Shown piece by piece: positions 57,475 to 64,000 of a DNA stretch of 64,000 nucleotides. The notes beneath the pieces were generated by a model. The model did not search any database. It was not told where the DNA came from and saw only the letters and a program-made list of their open reading frames with translations. The stretch comes from an uncultured Gemmatimonadales bacterium. GTDB taxonomy: Bacteria > Gemmatimonadota > Gemmatimonadetes > Gemmatimonadales > GWC2-71-9. The position numbers and the translations under genes are program-made. Location: NCBI GenBank assembly GCA_963821525.1, contig CAWGED010000004.1, positions 32,001-96,000 on the forward strand, in the 5' to 3' direction. The number at the start of each line of letters is the position of its first letter. Position 1 is the first letter of the stretch.

Positions 57475-60400
57475 ATGCACTCGATCCGTCGGCTCCGGAC
57501 TTTGCTTCTCATTCTCGCCTTGCCGGCCCTCGAACTCCATGCGCAGGGCACACAGCCTGTTGCGCCATCCCACGGCGAGCGCCACCTCGATCGCCTTTGC
57601 CTACGCCGGCGACATCTGGGTTACCTCGCGCGAAGGCGGCGATGCGCGACGGCTCACCAGCTTCCCCGGTGAGGAGTACTACCCGGAGCTCTCGCCCGAC
57701 GGAAAACTGGTCGCGTTCACCGGACAGTACGGCGGCAACGTCGATGTCTATGTGGTGCCCATCGAAGGGGGAGAGCCGAGGCGTCTCACCTGGCATCCCG
57801 GGCCCGACGTGACTCGTGGCTGGACGCCGGACGGGAAGCGCATCGTTTTCGCTTCGGGTCGCAACAGCGCCCCACGCACCTACAACGTGAAGCTGTGGAC
57901 CGTGCCGGTTGAAGGCGGGTGGCCCGAGCCGTTGCCGATGCCACGGGCGTCGACCGGGCAATTCTCCCCCGACAGCAAGTCGTTCACCTACCGGGTGGTG
58001 AGCCCCTGGGATGTAGAATGGCGGAACTACCGCGGTGGCCAGGCTCAGCCGATCCGGGTGGTGAACCTGACCGACCTTTCCATGACCAAGCTGCCGTGGG
58101 AGGGGAGCAATGACACCGATCCGGTCTGGCTGGGCAACACGATCTATTTCCTCTCCGATCGGGACTACGCCGCCAACCTCTACTCCTATGATCCCGGCAC
58201 CAAGCAGGTCACCCAGCTCACCCACTACAAGGATTTCGACGCCAAGCATCTGAACGCGGGTGGCGGTGTCCTGGTCTACGAACAGGGCGGATACATCCAC
58301 CTGTTCGATCCCGCGGGCAAGTCCGACAAGCAGCTCGTCATCAATGTGCGGGGCGACCTGCCCTGGGCTCTCCCCCAGTGGGAGGACGTGAGCCAGAGTC
58401 TGACCAATCCGTCGCTCTCTCCGACCGGAGCCCGCGCCCTGTTCGAAGCCCGCGGCGAGGTGTTCACCATTCCGGTCGAGAAAGGCGACTGGCGCAACCT
58501 GACCCGGTCGCCCGGAGTGGCCGATCGGAACCCGGTGTGGTCTCCCGACGGAAAATCGATCGCGTGGTTCTCCGACCAGAGCGGCGAGTACAAGCTCATG
58601 CTCGGAACCCAGGATGGACTCGGCAAGCCGCGGGAGATCACGATCGCCAACCCGACGTTCTTCTTCACCCCCACCTGGTCGCCCGACGGGAAGTATCTCG
58701 CCTTCACCGACGAAGGGCTCAACCTGAGCATGGTGGAGGTGGCAACCGGCAAGCTGACGCGGATCGACACCGATCGGTTCGCCCATCCCGACCGGACGGT
58801 GAATCCCGTCTGGTCTCCCGACAGCAAGTGGGTGGCTTACGCCAAGCGTCTCACCAGCCAGTTCCATGTGATCATGGTGTATTCGCTGAAGGACGGGAAA
58901 ACCCGGCAGCTCACCGACGGGCTCTCCGATGCGGTGTACCCCGCCTGGGATCGTGAGGGAAAGCTCCTCTACTTCCTCGCCAGCACCGATTTCGCGCTCA
59001 ACAGTGGCTGGCTGGACTTGAGCTCCTACGACCGGCCCGTCAGCCGGGGCGTCTATTTCGCGGTGTTACGGGCCGATCAGCCCTCGCCGCTGTTGCCCCA
59101 GAGTGATGAGGAGACTGCGAAGGACACGACCGCCAAGCCCGACTCAGCTTCCAAGAAACCGGAGAAGAAGTCGACGAAGGAAACCAAGCCCAAAGCGGCT
59201 GCCGATTCCGCCAAGGCCGACTCTGCAGTCAACGTGCGGATCGACTTCGACGGGATCTCCCAGCGCATCCTTTCGCTCGGCGTGCCAGTCCGGCAATACA
59301 AGAGCATCGTGGCCGCGGCCGATAGTGCGGTGTTCTACGCCGAGTCGCTCGCCAACGAGCCGGGTGTGACCTTGAATCGCTACGACTTCAAGAAGCGCGA
59401 GGCGGCTCCCTGGCAAAAAGGTGTCCTGGCCTATTCGCTCTCGGCCAACGGGAAGAAGCTGCTCTTTCAGACCGGCGAAGGCTGGACCGTCGCGGGCACC
59501 GAAGGACTGCCGGCCGAGACCAAGGCGAAGAAGCTGAACACGGCGGTGCGGATGCGGCTCGATCCCCCGGCGGAATGGCACCAGATCTTCCGTGAGGCGT
59601 GGCGCTACGAGCGGGATTTCTTCTATGTGAAGAACCACCACGGCGCCGACTGGGATTCGGTCTACAAGATGTATGAGCCCTGGGTGGCCGATGTCGGTCA
59701 CCGGTCCGATCTCACTCACCTGCTCGACATCCTGGGTGGTGAGTTGTCGGTGGGGCACTCGTTCACCGGCGGCGGCGATACGCCCGAGATACCGCGGGTC
59801 TCGATCGGCCTGCTCGGCGCCGATCTGGTCCCCGACAACGGTCGGTATCGGATCGCGCACATCTACACTGGAGAGAACTGGAACCCGGACCTGCGGGCGC
59901 CACTCAGCGAGCCCGGCGTCAAGGTGTCCGAGGGTGATTACCTCCTCGAGGTCAACGGTGTAGAGCTGAAAGTACCCACCGAGCCATACAGCCTCTTCGA
60001 AGGCACCGCGGGACGGCAAACGGTGATCCGGGTGAACAGCAAGCCGGTGATGGAGGGCTCGCGACTCGTTACCGTGGTGCCGGTGGAAAACGAGATCGCT
60101 TTGCGGTCGCGCGCCTGGGTCGAGAGAAATCGCCGGCTGGTGGATTCGCTCTCAGGCGGCAAGCTTGCCTACGTCTGGATCCCCAATACCGCCGACGACG
60201 GCTTCATTTATTTCAACCGCTACTATTTCGCCCAGCAGGACCGGCTCGGCGCGGTGGTAGATGAGCGGTTCAATGAAGGCGGCTATATCGCGGACTACGT
60301 GGTAGACCTGCTGGCCCGTAAGCTTCGGGGATACTTCAACAACCCGGTTGCGGACCACTACCCCTTCATGACCCCTGCGGCTGGAATTCCGGGTCCCAAG

Positions 60401-60778
60401 GTGATGCTGGTCAACGAAATGTCAGGCTCCGGCGGCGACATGCTGCCCTACATGTTCCGGCAGATGAAGCTGGGTCCGCTGGTGGGGATGAAGACCTGGG
60501 GCGGCCTGGTCGGCATCTGGGATGTGCCGCCCCTGATGGATGGCGGCTTCATCACGGCTCCACGCGGCGGGTTCTACAATCTCGAGGGCCAATGGGACGT
60601 CGAGAACAAGGGCGTGGCACCGGACATCGAAGTCGAGGAGACTCCGCTCACCGCCAAGGACGGGCGCGATCCCCAGCTCGAGCGAGCAGTGGCCGAGGCA
60701 ATGAGCCGCCTTGCAGCTGACGCGCCGAAGATTCTTCCGGAGCCGCCGCCGCCGGTGCGGGTGCGGAGGCCGAACTAG
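57475..60778 (+). CDS. Tricorn protease homolog (S41; frameshift near 57555)
   Basis: Signal peptide, beta-propellers, WRNYRGG, PDZ domain, SGSGGD and TWGGLVGI. Confidence 0.93.
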
Positions 60779-60779
60779 C

Positions 60780-60887
60780 AGGGAGTAGGGAGTGGGGAGT
60801 AGCGCCACGTGCCCCACTTCTTCCCTACTTCCTGCCACCTACTCCCTTCGTCCTGCCCCACTCCCTACCCCCTACTCCCTACTCCCT
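60780..60887. repeat. Inverted heptamer repeats GGGAGTA / TACTCCC
   Basis: Seen directly. Same unit as 28959-29038. Confidence 0.75.
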
Positions 60888-61214
60888 ATGTCCCACCACT
60901 TCACCCTTTCCGAAGGTCTGGCCAGAATGCCCGGCCCATACAAGGACCAATACGACGTGCTGCTTCGGCATGGCACCATGATGGTGGGGTTGTATGCGCC
61001 CCGAGGGATTGACGACCAGACCCCGCACACCCGCGACGAACTCTATTTCGTCATGGCTGGAACTGGCTGGTTCGTAAACGGGCCGGATCGCCATCGTTTC
61101 GCTCCGGGCGACGTCCTTTTCGTGCCGGCTGGAGTAGAACATCGCTTCGAGGAATTCAGCGACGACCTCGCCCTTTGGGTGGTCTTCTATGGACCGGAGG
61201 GCGGGGAGAAATAG
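60888..61214 (+). CDS. Cupin domain protein
   Basis: QTPHTRDELY and PGDVLFVPAGVEHRF. Confidence 0.9.
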   Translation: MSHHFTLSEGLARMPGPYKDQYDVLLRHGTMMVGLYAPRGIDDQTPHTRDELYFVMAGTGWFVNGPDRHRFAPGDVLFVPAGVEHRFEEFSDDLALWVVFYGPEGGEK

Positions 61215-61301
61215 AACAGCGGAGACGAACCGACGAACCGACGAACGACGAACCGACCGCCGGAGTTTGACCCTGCCAATACCCAACGGCAGATTAGCTG
61301 C

Positions 61302-62471
61302 ATGTCCTCACCCAACTCCCCGCTCGAACCCACTCTGCTACGCGAGTACTACTTCTCCCCGGAGATCTTCGGCCAGGAGAAGGAAAGAATCTTCTTCGGA
61401 CAATGGATGTGCGTGGGTCGGGAGGAGGAAGTCCCCAATCCCGGAGATTATCTCCTGCTCGACGTCGTGGGAGAGAGCGTCATCCTGGTACGCACCCGGG
61501 AAGGAAAGCTGGCGGCCCACTACAACGTCTGCCGTCACCGCGGATCACAGCTGGTGCTGGGAGTGGATCCCAAGCCCCGCCGCTGGGCCGAGAAGGCGAC
61601 GGGCGACAAGCCGACCTTCGGCCCTTCCGGCAGCTTCACCAGCGGAATCAAGTGTCCCTACCACTCGTGGACCTACGAGCTGTCCGGAGCGCTCCGGACC
61701 GCGCCATTCCTCGACGAAGGCTCCGGATTTCACAAAGACCAGCTCCCGCTCTACCCGGTAGAAGTGGATGTGTGGGGTGGCTTCGTGTTCCTGAGACTGG
61801 GTACCGCGCATTCGGGAGGGAAGAGTCCGGAGTCCCTCGCGTCGCAACTGGGCGGCGCGGTCGATCGGATCAAACGCTACCCGCTGGCGGAGCTGCGCAT
61901 CGCCCGGCGGATCGGATACGAGGTGGAGGCGAACTGGAAAGTCATTCTCGAGAACTACAACGAGTGTTATCACTGCGGCGGCGTGCACCCCGAGCTGTGC
62001 AAAGTGGTCCCGGCATTCAAGCAGAAAGGCGGGATGGATCTCGATTGGGACCGCGGGGTTCCGCACCGGGAGGGAGCCTGGACCTTCACGATGAGCGGGA
62101 CGACGAATCGCAAGCCATTCGCCGGCCTCAACGAAGACGAGCAGACCCGCCACAAGGGTGAGCTGCTGTATCCCAACTTCTTGCTGAGCCTCTCGGCTGA
62201 GCACGCGGCGGCCTTTACGCTGTGGCCGACCTCGCCCAACCACACCACCATTCTTTGTGATTTTCTGTTTCATCCCTCGGAAATCGCGCAGTCCGATTTC
62301 AATCCCAACGATGCGGTGGAGTTCTGGGACATCACCAACCGGCAGGACTGGGTGATCTGTGAATCGGTGCAGCGAGGGATGGCTTCCCGGGTCTTTCGCC
62401 AGGGATTTTACGCTCCCATGGAGAGCATGAGCCTGGATATTCGGAGGTATATAGGAGAAAGGCTGGAATAG
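61302..62471 (+). CDS. Rieske non-heme iron oxygenase alpha subunit (choline/betaine-oxidising-like group)
   Basis: CRHRG...CPYH Rieske motif, NWK...ECYHC...VHP, and QDW...E. Confidence 0.9.
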   Translation: MSSPNSPLEPTLLREYYFSPEIFGQEKERIFFGQWMCVGREEEVPNPGDYLLLDVVGESVILVRTREGKLAAHYNVCRHRGSQLVLGVDPKPRRWAEKATGDKPTFGPSGSFTSGIKCPYHSWTYELSGALRTAPFLDEGSGFHKDQLPLYPVEVDVWGGFVFLRLGTAHSGGKSPESLASQLGGAVDRIKRYPLAELRIARRIGYEVEANWKVILENYNECYHCGGVHPELCKVVPAFKQKGGMDLDWDRGVPHREGAWTFTMSGTTNRKPFAGLNEDEQTRHKGELLYPNFLLSLSAEHAAAFTLWPTSPNHTTILCDFLFHPSEIAQSDFNPNDAVEFWDITNRQDWVICESVQRGMASRVFRQGFYAPMESMSLDIRRYIGERLE

Positions 62472-62686
62472 TCCCCTAGCTCCGGTTCATCCTGCTCACT
62501 TTGACGGCGATTGGCGGGTCGCCTTCCAGCCTGGTACCGATCGCCTTGTTATGGGTCATCGGTGGAAGCATTGTGTTTGCGGCCCTACCGCAAAAGGCCT
62601 AAGCACTTAGGACTATCTCGCGCATCGCGGCTCGGCTGCTACATTCTCCAGTACATACCTCAGGCCGTCTTCCATCAGGATAGTCC

Positions 62687-63565
62687 ATGGCCACGTACGC
62701 TCGATTTCGGCCACCGCTACCCGCGGTGCTTTTTGTCGGTTCCGTTCTGCTCTCCTGCGCCTCCACGGCCAAACAGCCGGCGATCACCCCGACGCCGACC
62801 AATACTGAGTTGCCGGGAAAGTTCGTCTGGCGCGACTTGATCACCACCAACCCCGATGCCGCCACCAAGTTCTACGGTGGGCTGCTGGGATGGGAATTCA
62901 AGGACGCCGGGAAAGAGGCAAAGCACTACATCGTCATTTCGCAGAACGGGCGGCCGATTGGAGGGATCCTCGACAGCCGGGGCAAGAAGGCTGAAAAGGT
63001 TCAGTCCATGTGGGTATCATCTCTCTCGGTGAAGGACGTGAACGCGGCCGTCGCGGCGGTGAATGCGGCTGGCGGCAAGGTCCTTTGGGGACCCAAGACG
63101 CTGGGTGCCCGCGGTACCGTGGTCCTGGTGGCCGACCCCGAGAAGGCGCCGCTCGCACTGATGCGGGCGCCGGGAGGAGATCCGGCAGACGACCAACCGG
63201 TGATCAACGGCTGGCTCTGGACCGAGCTGTGGAGCCGCCAGCCGGACAGCGCGGTGCAGTTCTACTCCCGGCTCGCGCCATACCAATCCCGGCCAAGTGA
63301 GAATCTCGACCGGCCCTATTTCGTGCTGGACACCGATGGGCAGCCGCGCGCCGGAATAATGAAGCTGTTCGCGAAGGACGTGCGGCCGTTGTGGGTGCCG
63401 TATGTCCGTGTTGCCGACGTGGCGGCGGCACTGAAACAAGTCGAGGCACTCGGCGGCCACGTCATCGTGTCGCCCTCGGCGAACCTCCGCAATGGAACGG
63501 TGGCCTTGATCCAGGATCCGACCGGCGCAGTTATCGCGCTGCAATACTGGGAGCCCAAGTCATGA
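62687..63565 (+). CDS. VOC/glyoxalase-family protein with a lipoprotein signal
   Basis: LLSC lipobox and two VOC repeats (FVWRDL, WLWTEL, DPTGA). Confidence 0.85.
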   Translation: MATYARFRPPLPAVLFVGSVLLSCASTAKQPAITPTPTNTELPGKFVWRDLITTNPDAATKFYGGLLGWEFKDAGKEAKHYIVISQNGRPIGGILDSRGKKAEKVQSMWVSSLSVKDVNAAVAAVNAAGGKVLWGPKTLGARGTVVLVADPEKAPLALMRAPGGDPADDQPVINGWLWTELWSRQPDSAVQFYSRLAPYQSRPSENLDRPYFVLDTDGQPRAGIMKLFAKDVRPLWVPYVRVADVAAALKQVEALGGHVIVSPSANLRNGTVALIQDPTGAVIALQYWEPKS

Positions 63566-63741
63566 AACGTTCTCGAGCAATGATTCTGGCCGCAACGCTG
63601 GCGCTGCTCGCCGTCTCCGCCTGCGCCAGCGGCAATGTCGGTACCAGTTGGGGGGTATCGGTGGGGTACGGGGGCGGGTACCCAGGCGGCTACGGGTACC
63701 CGGTCACGGGTGTCTCCGTAGGGATGTATGGACGGCCATAA
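63562..63741 (+). CDS. Small Gly/Tyr-rich lipoprotein (59 aa)
   Basis: ATGA overlap, VSAC lipobox, and a GYGGGYPGGYGYP tail. Confidence 0.65.
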   Translation: MKRSRAMILAATLALLAVSACASGNVGTSWGVSVGYGGGYPGGYGYPVTGVSVGMYGRP

Positions 63742-64000
63742 GCTGCTGTTGCTTCTCCTGCTCGGCGCCTGCGCCGGTGGCGGCGACAATACTCAGACCG
63801 CGAAGGCCGCTGATTCAGCGGCCGACACGGCTTCGGAAACCGTGACCATCACACCACCTGCCACGACAGTTGATTCGACGGTGGACTGGTCCCGGCTCCA
63901 GGAGCTGCTGCGGTATGAGACGAGCAAGGTCACGATGGTGATGGAAGGCCCCGGCAGCAAGGCCTCGGTGCGCATGAAAGACGGCAGACTCTATCACGCG
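63728..64000 (+). CDS. Hypothetical lipoprotein, 3'-truncated by the window
   Basis: MDGHKLLLLLLLGAC lipobox. The frame is open to the window end. Confidence 0.6.
   Translation, partial: MDGHKLLLLLLLGACAGGGDNTQTAKAADSAADTASETVTITPPATTVDSTVDWSRLQELLRYETSKVTMVMEGPGSKASVRMKDGRLYHA

Noticed and set aside
4442..57560. About 15 frameshifted genes read as pseudogenes or programmed frameshifts
   Set aside because: The indels are scattered over unrelated genes with intact motifs and no evident slippery sites or accumulated stops. They are most simply explained as sequencing or assembly errors and need read polishing to confirm.
1..64000. rRNA, tRNA or known riboswitch genes
   Set aside because: None was recognisable by eye. 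A tRNAscan or Infernal run would be needed to exclude them formally.

Overview
GC-rich bacterial DNA. The gene content (SusC/SusD-like pair, Hanks kinase with TolB-like repeats, BTAD-TPR regulator, tricorn and S9 peptidases) suggests a Gemmatimonadota-like organism; this is an inference. About 15 single-base frameshifts interrupt otherwise intact genes and are most likely read or assembly indels. The left half is mostly metabolic: thyX, two D-Ala-D-Ala-ligase-family ATP-grasp genes with a GNAT, a SusC/D pair, hydrolases, and a GntR-linked cluster (kamA, two class III aminotransferases, an ALDH, CoA-transferase A/B, an APC permease) that could encode lysine catabolism via beta-lysine to 3-oxoadipate. 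The most notable region is a peptide island at 33.7-47.2 kb. It holds lanB, lanC, a 59-aa double-glycine lanA, a PpiC-like protein, a C39 peptidase ABC exporter with two cNMP-binding domains, HlyD, and a sigma-54 activator with no sensory domain. These are followed by two tandem ~1.04-kb cassettes, each with a sigma-54 promoter, palindromic upstream sites and three small double-glycine (KGG) peptide ORFs that are absent from the supplied ORF track. In types A and B the leaders are conserved and the Cys-free cationic cores are divergent. The cassettes are bounded by stubs of the flanking genes that differ mainly at synonymous sites, which suggests capture from a diverged homologous locus. Many gene junctions carry 7-9-mer tandem repeats, often as inverted pairs. 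I found no rRNA, tRNA, CRISPR array or transposase.
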